Below are positions 25,724-34,758 of a DNA stretch of 48,660 bases, one piece after another. This DNA is from Candidatus Limnocylindria bacterium (GTDB taxonomy: Bacteria; Chloroflexota; Limnocylindria; QHBO01). The notes under the pieces are model-generated. The model was given only the letters and a program-made list of their open reading frames with translations. It was not told where the DNA came from and ran no database searches. The stretch lies in contig DATBME010000007.1 of NCBI GenBank assembly GCA_036555005.1, positions 1-48,660 of the forward strand, read 5' to 3'. The translations under genes and the position numbers were made by a program. Positions within the stretch are counted from its first letter, which is position 1. Each line of letters opens with the position of its first letter.

Positions 25724-27814
25724 TCATGCCGCGTCGCCCTCCTGCTCCAGGGCCGCGAATTCCTCCCGCATGCGAACCAGCTCCGGCCTGCCGGCGAGCG
25801 CCGGATCGGTGGCCACCAGCCCATCGGCCAGCTCCCGCGCGCGCTCGGCCAGGACCAGGTGGCGCGGCTCGAAGAGGGACGCCACCCGCAGCGGCGGCAG
25901 CCCCGACTGCCGCGTGCCGAGCAGGTTGCCGGCGCCACGCAGCCGCAGGTCTTCCTCGGCGATCGCAAAGCCATCCGATGAGTCGCGCAGGACCTCCAGC
26001 CGCCGCCGCGACAGGTCATCGGTGGCGTCCGAGAGCAGGATGCAGAAGGACCGATGCGGCCCGCGGCCCACCCGCCCGCGCAGCTGGTGCAGCTGCGCGA
26101 GGCCGAAGCGCTCCGCGTCCTCGACCAGCATCACGTTGGCGTTCGGCACGTCGATGCCCACCTCGATGACCGTGGTGGCCACCAGCACGTCCAGCTCGCC
26201 GGCGGCGAAGGCCTGCATCGTGACGTCACGGTCGTCGGCCCGCTGCTGGCCGTGCACCAGGCCGATCCGCAGCTGCGGCAGGGCCTCCCGGAGGCGCTCC
26301 ACCTCGGCCTCGGCGCTGGCCACGGTCAGCGCCTCGCTCTCCGACACCAGCGGCACCACCACGAAGCTCTGCCGCCCCTCCGCCGCTTCGCCGGCGATGA
26401 AGGCCTGGATCCGCGGCAGGGCGGACCGGTCGCGCAGCTCGGTGCGGATCGGCTGCCGGCCCGGCGGCAGGTGGCGCAGGGTCGAGATCGACAGGTCGCC
26501 GTAGAAGGTCAGCGCCAGCGTGCGCGGGATCGGCGTGGCGGTAAGCGCCAGCACGTGCGGCTCCAGGTCGCCGCCCTTGGCCTGCAGCGCCGCCCGCTGC
26601 GCAACGCCGAAGCGATGCTGCTCGTCGACCACCGCCAGCCCCAGCTTCTGGAACTCCACGGCTGCGCTGATCACCGCGTGCGTGCCGATCACCACCTCGG
26701 CCTCGCCCGCCGTAATGGCCGCCTGGATCTCGCGCTTGCGGGCAACGGTGAGCGAACCCGACAGGAATTCGGCCCGCACGCCCATCGCCTCGAGCAGTGG
26801 CGCGAGGCCGTGGTGGTGCTGCCGCGCCAGGATCTCGGTGGGTGCCATCAGCGCCGCCTGCCAGCCGGCCCGCACCGTCCCGGCCAGGGCCACGGCGGCG
26901 ACCGCGGTCTTGCCGCTTCCCACGTCGCCCTGCAGCAGCCGGCGCATCGGCCGATCGGCGGCCAGGTCGGCCACCACCTCGTCGACCGCCACGCGCTGGT
27001 CATCGGTCAGGCTGAATGGCAGGGCGTCGACCAGCCGCTCCCGCTCCTCCGCCGAGACCACGATCCGGGCCGCCGTCAGCGCGGCGCGCGCTTCGCGCGC
27101 CTGGGCCAGGGTCAGCTGCAGCGCGAGCAGCTCGTCGAAGGCCAGGCGGTCGAGCGCCGACGGCACGTCCGTCGCCTCTTCCGGGAAGTGCGCCGTGTGC
27201 AGGGCATCGGCCAGGCCCGGCAGGCCCCCGCGCTCGGCCTCGGTCAGCGGGTCCTGCAGGCCGGGCAGCGCCCGCTCGAGCACCCGGGCCAGCAGCTCCC
27301 GCACCCGCTTCTGCGTGACGCCGGCCGACAGGCGGTAGACCGGCACCACCCGGCCGGTGTGCAGGGATTCGTGGTCGGCGGCCGAGAACTCGGGCGACAC
27401 GAACTGCGGCCGCCAGCCGCGCAGCTGGACCTTGCCGCTGACCAGCAGCTCGGCACCCGGCCGCAGCCGGTTCTCGACGAAGCGCCGCCCGAACCAGATC
27501 GCCTCGGCCGTGCCCGTCTCGTCGCTCAGCTGGGCAATCACGCGTTGCGGCCGCCGCCCGAAGCCCTTCTCGATCTTCACGTCGGTCACCCGCGCGCGGG
27601 CGGATTGCTTCTCGTCCGGCACCAGGTCACGCAACGGACGGAGCTCGCTGAAGTCGTCGTAGCGGAACGGCAGGTAGAAGAGCGCGTCACGCGGGGTCGT
27701 GACGCCCAGGCGCGCCAGCGCCGATGCGCCGCGCGCCAGCTCCGGCATCGCCACACGGAGCGGATCGTCCAGATCCTGCGCGGACATCGCACGTACCGGG
27801 GTCGAGATGGTCAC
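25724..27814 (-). CDS. recG: ATP-dependent DNA helicase RecG
   Basis: 696 aa with a wedge/OB N-terminal region and motifs GDVGSGKT, DEQHRFG and QLHQLRGRVGRG. Confidence 0.95.
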   Translation of the reverse strand: MTISTPVRAMSAQDLDDPLRVAMPELARGASALARLGVTTPRDALFYLPFRYDDFSELRPLRDLVPDEKQSARARVTDVKIEKGFGRRPQRVIAQLSDETGTAEAIWFGRRFVENRLRPGAELLVSGKVQLRGWRPQFVSPEFSAADHESLHTGRVVPVYRLSAGVTQKRVRELLARVLERALPGLQDPLTEAERGGLPGLADALHTAHFPEEATDVPSALDRLAFDELLALQLTLAQAREARAALTAARIVVSAEERERLVDALPFSLTDDQRVAVDEVVADLAADRPMRRLLQGDVGSGKTAVAAVALAGTVRAGWQAALMAPTEILARQHHHGLAPLLEAMGVRAEFLSGSLTVARKREIQAAITAGEAEVVIGTHAVISAAVEFQKLGLAVVDEQHRFGVAQRAALQAKGGDLEPHVLALTATPIPRTLALTFYGDLSISTLRHLPPGRQPIRTELRDRSALPRIQAFIAGEAAEGRQSFVVVPLVSESEALTVASAEAEVERLREALPQLRIGLVHGQQRADDRDVTMQAFAAGELDVLVATTVIEVGIDVPNANVMLVEDAERFGLAQLHQLRGRVGRGPHRSFCILLSDATDDLSRRRLEVLRDSSDGFAIAEEDLRLRGAGNLLGTRQSGLPPLRVASLFEPRHLVLAERARELADGLVATDPALAGRPELVRMREEFAALEQEGDAA

Positions 27815-28437
27815 GCGAGCGCAGCGGCGCGCGGGAACGCCGCGAAGTCACGGATCTCTTCGTACGTCGGTCGAAGGCCATCATTGGTGTCAACCACCAG
27901 CGTGGGGACTGACAACTCGAGCGGATCGAAGCGACCGGCCTCCAGATCATGGTCGAGTGCCTCGAGTCGGGCTCCGTCCAGGTGGGCCGGGTGTCGTTCG
28001 CCGCGCGCAGCACGGGCCGCGTAGCGCGCTCTCAACACCTCGCGAGCCGCCGTGCAGTGGATAAGGCACGCGTCGCTGTGGGCGAGCAACGGACGCAGGT
28101 CGACCTCGGAGACACCGCGCCGGAAGTTGCTCTCGAGGATCACTCCGTGACCGCTCATGAGCATCGCGCGGGCGATCGAGACCAGCACGCCATAGGCTGC
28201 GGCACCCAGGCGATTCGCCGCAGGCGTGTCGGCCGGGTGGCCCATGGCATCGGCCAAGACTTCCTTCAGCTCATCCCGGACGATGAGCGGGAGCCGAAGG
28301 TCTACCGAAAGCCGGCGCGCCAGCGTCGTCTTGCCGCCAGCCGGGGCGCCGGAAACCAGGACGAGCAGCGGGGCGTCCGATTGCACCGCTCGATCGTAGC
28401 GTGCTAGGATCGGCCCGTTCCGGCGGCGCCGAGGCAC
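27811..28437 (-). CDS. P-loop kinase-like ATPase (AAA_33-type), function unknown
   Basis: LLVLVSGAPAGGKTTLARRL Walker A. The stop overlaps the recG start (ATGA). The start is either GTG at 28437 or the in-frame GTG at 28386. Confidence 0.7.
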   Translation of the reverse strand: MPRRRRNGPILARYDRAVQSDAPLLVLVSGAPAGGKTTLARRLSVDLRLPLIVRDELKEVLADAMGHPADTPAANRLGAAAYGVLVSIARAMLMSGHGVILESNFRRGVSEVDLRPLLAHSDACLIHCTAAREVLRARYAARAARGERHPAHLDGARLEALDHDLEAGRFDPLELSVPTLVVDTNDGLRPTYEEIRDFAAFPRAAALA

Positions 28438-28471
28438 GGTGCGCCGGTTCGTTCATGACTGGAGTCTTTCC

Positions 28472-28663
28472 ATGGCACGCGAGTGCGAGATCTGCGGCAA
28501 GAAGCCGATCACCGGCTGGAACCCGCAGTCGGTGGGGATGAACCGGAAGCGCGCCCTGCGCCGCTGGATCCCCAACCTGCAGCCGATGATGGTCAGCCGC
28601 GGGGGCCACATGGTCCGCGTCAAGGCCTGCTCGCGCTGCCGTCGAACCGCCGAGAAGGTCTAG
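28472..28663 (+). CDS. rpmB: 50S ribosomal protein L28
   Basis: MARECEICGKKPITGWN...RRWIPNLQ...VKACSRCRR. GGAG lies 7 nt upstream of the ATG. The first 11 codons of the track ORF were removed. Confidence 0.9.
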   Translation: MARECEICGKKPITGWNPQSVGMNRKRALRRWIPNLQPMMVSRGGHMVRVKACSRCRRTAEKV

Positions 28664-28719
28664 ACGTCTGACGGCACAATCGGTCCACCGCTTCCCCACC
28701 ACACGAGGAGCATGGACCG

Positions 28720-29475
28720 ATGTCAACGGAGCACTTCCAGACCCCGCCGGCGTCCACCAAGCCCGATGCGGCCCTGGTGCCGATCGCGGAGCTCCGCGAC
28801 CCGCGCGCGATCCAGATCCTGAGCACCGAGCACTGGAGCGTGCTCACTGCCCGGTCGCTGGCCTACAACGAGGCCTTCGTGCGCGCCGGCATGTTCCTGA
28901 CCTTCCTGTCGATGTCGTTCGTCGGCCTGGCGCTGCTAGCCGACGCGATGACCTTCGGGACCGAGTTCCTCACGGTTGCGACCATCGTGCTGGCCTTCGA
29001 CCTCATCGTCGGCCTGACGACCTTCGAGCGCGTCGCGGGGGCCAACTTCGACGACCTGCGCGCGATGCAGGGCATGGCCCGTATCCGCCACGGCTACCTC
29101 CAGGCGGCGCCGAAGCTGCTGCCCTATTTCTCGACAGCCACCCATGACGACATCGACACCGTCGCGCGTGACTACGGCGCGAGCGAGGGATACGGGCTCT
29201 CGACAATCATCTACGGCCTCAGCACCTCGCTGGGGATGGTGGGCCTGGTCGTCGCCATGGTCGCCGGCGTCGAGATCGCGGTGGTGGCCAGGCTGCTTGG
29301 CGCCGGCATGGCGGCGGTCGTCTGGATGGCGGTCATCGGGGCCGTGCTGATCTTCGCCGTCCTCTTCGTGGGGACCGCCGCGCGCATCCCCCGCAACCAG
29401 CGACAGCTGGCCGCACGATTCCCCGCGACAGCGCCGGTGGCAGAGGCGAGCGAGCCGGAGCAGCCCGCCAACTAG
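28720..29475 (+). CDS. Hypothetical integral membrane protein (about 4 TM segments)
   Basis: 251 aa with hydrophobic segments (FLTFLSMSFVGLALLA, VATIVLAFDLIVGL, LGMVGLVVAMVAGVEIAVVA, VWMAVIGAVLIFAVLFV). GAGGAG lies 9 nt upstream of the ATG. No family recognised. Confidence 0.6.
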   Translation: MSTEHFQTPPASTKPDAALVPIAELRDPRAIQILSTEHWSVLTARSLAYNEAFVRAGMFLTFLSMSFVGLALLADAMTFGTEFLTVATIVLAFDLIVGLTTFERVAGANFDDLRAMQGMARIRHGYLQAAPKLLPYFSTATHDDIDTVARDYGASEGYGLSTIIYGLSTSLGMVGLVVAMVAGVEIAVVARLLGAGMAAVVWMAVIGAVLIFAVLFVGTAARIPRNQRQLAARFPATAPVAEASEPEQPAN

Positions 29476-29485
29476 GACCGTCCCT

Positions 29486-29947
29486 TCACTGGTTCGGGCC
29501 CAGGTCGTGTGCGGAGTCAAGGACCAGGGTGAACGGGCCGTCGTTGACGAGCTCCACGCTCATCATCGCTCCGAAGCGGCCGGTCGCCACTTCGTGGCCC
29601 GCGGCGCGCAGGCGCGCCACGAAGCGGTCGACCAGCGGTTCGGCCGCGTCCGGTAGGGCGGCATCGGTGAAGCCCGGCCGCCGGCCGCGGCGCAGATCGG
29701 CGTACAGCGTGAACTGGCTGATCACCATGAAGCTGCCGCCGGCATCGGCCAGCGTCAGGTTGGTGCGGCCGTCGGCGTCCGGGAAGTAACGGAGCCCGGC
29801 CAGCTTGTCGGCCATGCGATCGGCCAGCTCGTCGTCGTCCCCGGCACCGATCCCCAGCAGGACCACCGCTCCGCGGCCGATCTCGCCGACCACCTGGCCG
29901 TCCACGCGGACCGCAGCGCGGCTGACCCGCTGGACGACGAGCCGCAT
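29486..29947 (-). CDS. dtd: D-aminoacyl-tRNA deacylase
   Basis: MRLVVQRV..., VISQFTLYAD and NDGPFT motifs are present. The ATG shares 1 nt with the upstream stop (TGATG). Confidence 0.92.
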   Translation of the reverse strand: MRLVVQRVSRAAVRVDGQVVGEIGRGAVVLLGIGAGDDDELADRMADKLAGLRYFPDADGRTNLTLADAGGSFMVISQFTLYADLRRGRRPGFTDAALPDAAEPLVDRFVARLRAAGHEVATGRFGAMMSVELVNDGPFTLVLDSAHDLGPNQ

Positions 29948-31545
29948 CAGCGCCCCGCGGTGGTGATGCCGGCGTCCTCTCCCTGGCGCGGCGGGCCCAG
30001 CGCGCTCTCGGTGAAGAAGGCTCGCGCGTTCCAGATCATCCAGCCCAGGGCGTCGTTGTCGGACAGCGCCCGCATCTCGGCCCGGATGTCCGAGGCGGTG
30101 TAAGCGCGGAACTCGCCGTAGCCGAAGTCCTGGATCCACGGCCGGATCCGCATCGGCAGCCCTTTCGACTGCTCGTTCATGATCTCGAGCGTCTGGTCGA
30201 TGACGTCGTACGGGTGCTCATTCGGCACCGCAAAGCCGAAGGTGAACGGCCCGTAATGGCTGGGATAGACCATGGGGCAGAAGTAGTCGACGTACGGCAT
30301 GATCACCTCCGGCCGCTGGCCGATCCCCTGGTCGTCCGAAGCGATGAAGCTGATCGGGAAGACGTCAGCCGCGAAGAAGGCGCGGGTGGTGGCCAGCCGC
30401 TCGCTGACGATCCGGAAGAGGCGCCCGATGGCCGGCAGGCGGAAGGACTGCGTATTCGGCAGGTTCATGTCCACGACCGAGTAGTCGCCATCGCTCAGGA
30501 AACGCACGTAGTCGAGCTGGACCTCGTCGAAGCCCCTGGCGGCCAGGTCGCCGGCAATGGCGGCGATGTACTCGGCCACGCCCGGGTTGTAGGGGTCGAG
30601 CCAGATCCCGCCGCCGAAGTCGTGCCACGGCCGGCCGGTGGCGGAGTTGCGCACCGCCAGCTCCGGCCGCGACTCGCCCACCGTGTTGTCCTTCATGACC
30701 ACCATGCGGGCGATGGTGTAGATGCCGCGCTCCTTGAGGCGTGGCAGCAGCTGCTCCAGCTCGAAGATGGGGCGCCGATCGGCGCCGGAGCGCCGCGCCT
30801 CGGGCAGGTCCGTCTCGTAGTAGAGGTAGCCGCCCGTCTCCTTCACGTCGATGACCATGGCGTTGGCCTCGCTCCGATCGATCAGGCGAAGCATGTCGTC
30901 CAGCCGGCCGGCACCCTCGAACACCGCTCCGGGCGCGTACAGCGCGCGGACTTCGAACGGCTCCAGCGCCACGTCCGCGGTGGCGCCACCGTCCATTGGG
31001 ATCTCGGCCAGGCGGTAGCCGGCCCGCTTCACGATCAACGTGCCGTTCGCCGGCACGCCGGGGAGCGCGTACAGGCCGCGCTCGTCGCTGCGCACCCAGG
31101 TGGTCTGGCCATCCACGAAGACGCGTGCGCCGGCCACCGGGTCGCCGCCCTGGTCGCTGATCGTGCCGGTCACCACGTTGGAGCGCAGGGTGAGGGTCAG
31201 GTCGCCATCGTCGGGCACGGCCCCCGAGGCGGGGTCGTAGCCGTCGGCCGCGGCCGCCACCTCCGCGCCGCGCGGCGCGCTGAGCACGGCGGTGCCGTTG
31301 GCGCCGGTCGTGGCGGTGTCCTCGCCCACCGTCAGGGTCACGCCCGGGATCGGCTGGGACGAGCCCTGCTCCAGCGTGATCACGGTCAGCTCCCGCGGCG
31401 GCTGCGCCGTGGGCTCGGTGGTCGGGACGAACGGGAGCGGGCCGGTTTCGCCGCAGGCCGCCAACAGCGTGACGAGGACCATGAGGGCAGCGATCGGTCG
31501 GGACGCGGCGCGGGTCAGGGCTCGGCTCCGAAGCGGGTGGCGCAC
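29947..31545 (-). CDS. Lipoprotein with Ig-like/carboxypeptidase-regulatory-like repeats and a putative glycoside-hydrolase-like (DUF4015-type) TIM-barrel domain
   Basis: Lipobox LLAAC. Two roughly 80-aa beta-rich repeats (GVTLTVGEDTATTGANG..., ISDQGGDPVAGARVFVDG...). C-terminal segment VRALYA...NAMVIDVKETGGYLYY...RGIYTIARMVVMKD...GIWLDPYNPGVAEY...GFDEVQLDYVRF. The family call was not searched. Confidence 0.65.
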   Translation of the reverse strand: MRHPLRSRALTRAASRPIAALMVLVTLLAACGETGPLPFVPTTEPTAQPPRELTVITLEQGSSQPIPGVTLTVGEDTATTGANGTAVLSAPRGAEVAAAADGYDPASGAVPDDGDLTLTLRSNVVTGTISDQGGDPVAGARVFVDGQTTWVRSDERGLYALPGVPANGTLIVKRAGYRLAEIPMDGGATADVALEPFEVRALYAPGAVFEGAGRLDDMLRLIDRSEANAMVIDVKETGGYLYYETDLPEARRSGADRRPIFELEQLLPRLKERGIYTIARMVVMKDNTVGESRPELAVRNSATGRPWHDFGGGIWLDPYNPGVAEYIAAIAGDLAARGFDEVQLDYVRFLSDGDYSVVDMNLPNTQSFRLPAIGRLFRIVSERLATTRAFFAADVFPISFIASDDQGIGQRPEVIMPYVDYFCPMVYPSHYGPFTFGFAVPNEHPYDVIDQTLEIMNEQSKGLPMRIRPWIQDFGYGEFRAYTASDIRAEMRALSDNDALGWMIWNARAFFTESALGPPRQGEDAGITTAGR

Positions 31546-31562
31546 ATGATGCCCGATTCGGC

Positions 31563-32258
31563 TCAGCCGATGGGCATCGAGGTGTCGGGCGCCAGCGCGG
31601 CAGCGCGCAGGGCGTCGACCACCGGCTGCAGGTCGTCCTCGTTCGCGTAGAGGGCCTTGCCGGTGACCAGCACATCGCCGCCGGCGGCATGCGCCGGACC
31701 GATGCTCTCCAGGTTGACACCGCCGTCGACGCCGATCGGCAGGTCCAGGCCGCGCGCCTCAGCCTCGCGTCGGAGCGCGGCGAGCTTCGGCAGCACCTCG
31801 GTCATGAACGGCTGGCCGCCCCACCCCGGGTTGACGGTCATCACCAGCAGCATGTCGATCCGGTCCAGGAACGGGTGCGCGGCCTCGGCCGGCGTCTCGG
31901 GATTGAGCGCCAGGCCCGCCTGGCGGCCGGCGGCGCGGATGGCGTCGATGGTGGCCAGCGGGTCGTCATCGGCCTCGAGGTGGAAGATGACGACGTCGCT
32001 GCCCGCTTCGGCGAACGCTTCCACGTACTGCAGCGGCCGGCTGATCATCAGGTGGCTGTGAAACGGCAACTCAGAGTGCGGCCGCACCGCCTCGACCACC
32101 ACTGGGCCCATGGTGATGTTGCGCACGAAGTGGCCGTCCATCACGTCCAGGTGGATCGAGTCCACGCCGCCGGCGTCGGCGCGGCGCACCTCCTCCCCCA
32201 GCCGGCCGAAGTCGGCGTTCAGGATGCTGGCGCTGATCTGCGGGGGGCGGTCCGTCAT
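31563..32258 (-). CDS. rpe: Ribulose-phosphate 3-epimerase
   Basis: ISASILNADF, HLDVMDGHFV and MTVNPGWGGQ motifs are present. The ATG shares 1 nt with the rlmN stop (TAATG). The track ORF is a 5' over-extension. Confidence 0.94.
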   Translation of the reverse strand: MTDRPPQISASILNADFGRLGEEVRRADAGGVDSIHLDVMDGHFVRNITMGPVVVEAVRPHSELPFHSHLMISRPLQYVEAFAEAGSDVVIFHLEADDDPLATIDAIRAAGRQAGLALNPETPAEAAHPFLDRIDMLLVMTVNPGWGGQPFMTEVLPKLAALRREAEARGLDLPIGVDGGVNLESIGPAHAAGGDVLVTGKALYANEDDLQPVVDALRAAALAPDTSMPIG

Positions 32259-33415
32259 TACGCCACGCCCTGCGGCTCCCCGCGGCGCGCCGTCGAGGCG
32301 GGCAGGTCGTGGCCGGCCAGCTGGGCGTGCAGCTGGCCGCAGGCTGCCTCGATCTCGCGGCCGCGGGTGTCGCGCACGGTGACCGGGACGCGCCACGCCC
32401 GCAGCACGCCGGCGAAGGCGGACACGCGGGGCGGCGGCGTGCCGCTCCACCGCGATCCGGGCGTCGGGTTCAGCGGGATCAGGTTGACATGGCTGCGCCA
32501 GCCGGCGGCCCGGACGGCCAGCCGCTCGGCCTGCTGCAGGCTGTCGTTCACGCCGTCGATCATCACGTACTCCAGGCTCACCCGGCGGCCGGTCCGCGCG
32601 GCGAAGCGACGTCCCGCGGCGAGCAGCACCTCCAGCGGCCACTTCCGGTTCAGCGGAACCAGCTCGTCGCGCAGCGCGTCGTCGGCGGCATGCAGGCTGA
32701 TGGCCAGGTTGACCTGTGGCAGCTCGGCGATCATGCGGTCGATGCCCGGCACCACGCCCGAGGTGCTGACCGTGATGTGGCGCGCACCGATCCCCAGCCG
32801 CTGGGGATCATTCAGCAGCCGGACGGCCTCGAAGACCCGATCGGTGTTGTTCAGCGGCTCGCCCATGCCCATGAAGACGACGTTGTAGTGCCCGCTCCCC
32901 GCACCCTGCCGCCAGTCGGCGCCCAGCGCCAGCCAGGGATCGCGGTGCCAGTGCAGCACCTGGTCGACGATCTCGCCGGGCGTCAGCTGGCGGCCGAATC
33001 CGGCCTGCCCGGTCGCGCAGAACGGGCAGTTGACGGCGCAGCCCGCCTGGCTGGAGATGCAGATGGTCGTCCGCGACGCCGAGCCCCGGCGGCCCGGGTA
33101 GCGCATCAGGACCGACTCGACCCGTTGCCCGTCCGCCAGCTCGTGCACGGCCTTGGCGGTCAGGCCGCCATCGGCCTCCAGCACGTGGCTGCCGCGGATG
33201 GTGCCGAAGCGGAAGGATCGGTCCAGGTCCCGGCGCAGCCCGGCCGGCAGGTCGGAGATCTCGTCGAAGGCGGTCACCTCCGGCCGGTGCACGCCGGCCA
33301 CCACCTGGGCGGCCCGGTACACAGGCTCGCCGCGGGCCTCGAGCCACGCGGCGAGCGACGATACGGGAACCTCGCTGATCGCCGGCAGCGGGCCGGCGAG
33401 CGGCAGGTCAGTCAC
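32258..33415 (-). CDS. rlmN: 23S rRNA/tRNA (adenine-C2)-methyltransferase RlmN (radical SAM)
   Basis: CISSQAGCAVNCPFCATG (CxxxCxxC) and the C-terminal GREIEAACGQL motif. The GTG start overlaps the upstream gene by 8 nt. Confidence 0.93.
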   Translation of the reverse strand: MTDLPLAGPLPAISEVPVSSLAAWLEARGEPVYRAAQVVAGVHRPEVTAFDEISDLPAGLRRDLDRSFRFGTIRGSHVLEADGGLTAKAVHELADGQRVESVLMRYPGRRGSASRTTICISSQAGCAVNCPFCATGQAGFGRQLTPGEIVDQVLHWHRDPWLALGADWRQGAGSGHYNVVFMGMGEPLNNTDRVFEAVRLLNDPQRLGIGARHITVSTSGVVPGIDRMIAELPQVNLAISLHAADDALRDELVPLNRKWPLEVLLAAGRRFAARTGRRVSLEYVMIDGVNDSLQQAERLAVRAAGWRSHVNLIPLNPTPGSRWSGTPPPRVSAFAGVLRAWRVPVTVRDTRGREIEAACGQLHAQLAGHDLPASTARRGEPQGVA

Positions 33416-34151
33416 GACGTCCGGCGATCAGCATCAGGTCGTACAGGAAGGTGAGCAGGGCGGTCAGCGCTGCCGCCACGTACGTCCAGGCCGCGGCCTT
33501 GAGCACGTCGCGCGCGCCGGTCTGCTGCTCGCCCTGGATTCCCAGGCTGCCGACGAAGGCGAGCGCCTTGCCCGACGCCCCGATCTCGACCGGCAGCGTC
33601 ACGAAGGTGAAGATCACGGCCGCGCCGAAGGCGATGAGGCCGATCCACGCCAGGCCGAGCATGTTGAAGATCAGGCCGCCGATGATCAGCCACGGCCCGA
33701 TGCCGGAGCCGATCTGCACCGCCGGCACAATCGCCTGGCGCACGCTCATCCACGGATCGCGCTCGCGATCCTGCAGCGCGTGCCCCACCTCGTGTGCGAT
33801 CACGGCGGCGGCAGCCACCGACAGGCCGGTCGATGCCGGCACGCCCAGCATCTGATTGGTGGGGTCGGAGCTGCCGAGCTCCGGCTTGCCCGCCACCGTG
33901 CTGCTCACGCGCCGCACCTTGCCGCGCGGGTCGTAGTGGTCGGTCAGCTGACCGGGGACCGGCTCGATGCGAACGTCCGTCAGGCCCTGGCGGTCCAGGA
34001 GCCGTCGGGCGAAGTCGAATGCGTTGAGAGGGATGCCCGAGTCGACCTTCGACCACTTGGCATAGGTCGAGCGCACGCGCCACGCGGCCCAGCCGGTGAT
34101 CGCGATGCTCGGAAGGAACACCAACAGGATGTACGGAAGGAACCCTTCCAT
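33408..34151 (-). CDS. Membrane zinc metallopeptidase, YugP-like (Zn_peptidase_2 type)
   Basis: N-terminal TM helix, then DHYDPRGKVRRVS and HEVGHALQ (HExxH), with C-terminal TM helices. Confidence 0.8.
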   Translation of the reverse strand: MEGFLPYILLVFLPSIAITGWAAWRVRSTYAKWSKVDSGIPLNAFDFARRLLDRQGLTDVRIEPVPGQLTDHYDPRGKVRRVSSTVAGKPELGSSDPTNQMLGVPASTGLSVAAAAVIAHEVGHALQDRERDPWMSVRQAIVPAVQIGSGIGPWLIIGGLIFNMLGLAWIGLIAFGAAVIFTFVTLPVEIGASGKALAFVGSLGIQGEQQTGARDVLKAAAWTYVAAALTALLTFLYDLMLIAGRRD

Positions 34152-34299
34152 CGCTTTGTCTTGCTACCTCCTTGGGAGCGAATCGAGTATATCCCAGCCT
34201 TGGTGAAGGCCCGGTTCGGGCCTGATGAAGACCCCATATCCGGCACGGGTCATGCGGTGAGCTCCGGGAGACGATCCGCACGAGGAAACGATTGGACCG

Positions 34300-34758
34300 A
34301 TGTCACGACTTCTGAGCGCCGGCCTCGGCGCCGCGCTGGGCGCAGCCGCCGCCCTCCTGCTCGATCCGGCCCGCGGACGTGCCCGCCGGGCGCAGCTCAT
34401 CGACCGCGGCGCCGCGCTGGCACGCCGCGCCCTGCGCCTCGGCGAGCGCGAGCTCCGATTCGGCACCTCATGGGCCGCCGGCAAGGCGAGCGCCATCCGC
34501 GCGCTCGGCGAGCCCCACGAGTGGGTGAACGACGCGACCCTCAAGGAGCGCGTCGAGAGCGAGCTGCTCGGCGATCCGGGCGTCCCGAAGGGCTCGATCA
34601 ACATCAATGCCGAGCAGGGCACCGTGGTGCTGCGCGGCGAGGTTCCGGACGAGGCCATGCGCGGCCGGCTGGCGGAGCGCGCCGGCAAGATCGACGGCGT
34701 GTGGTCCGTCGAGAACCTGCTGCACCTCCCCGGCGAGCCGGCCCCCACGCACCGCTAG
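34300..34758 (+). CDS. BON domain-containing protein
   Basis: N-terminal hydrophobic segment. The region DATLKERVESELLGDPGVPKGSININAEQGTVVLRGEVPDEAMRGRLAERAGKIDGVWSVENLL matches the BON pattern. Confidence 0.75.
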   Translation: MSRLLSAGLGAALGAAAALLLDPARGRARRAQLIDRGAALARRALRLGERELRFGTSWAAGKASAIRALGEPHEWVNDATLKERVESELLGDPGVPKGSININAEQGTVVLRGEVPDEAMRGRLAERAGKIDGVWSVENLLHLPGEPAPTHR

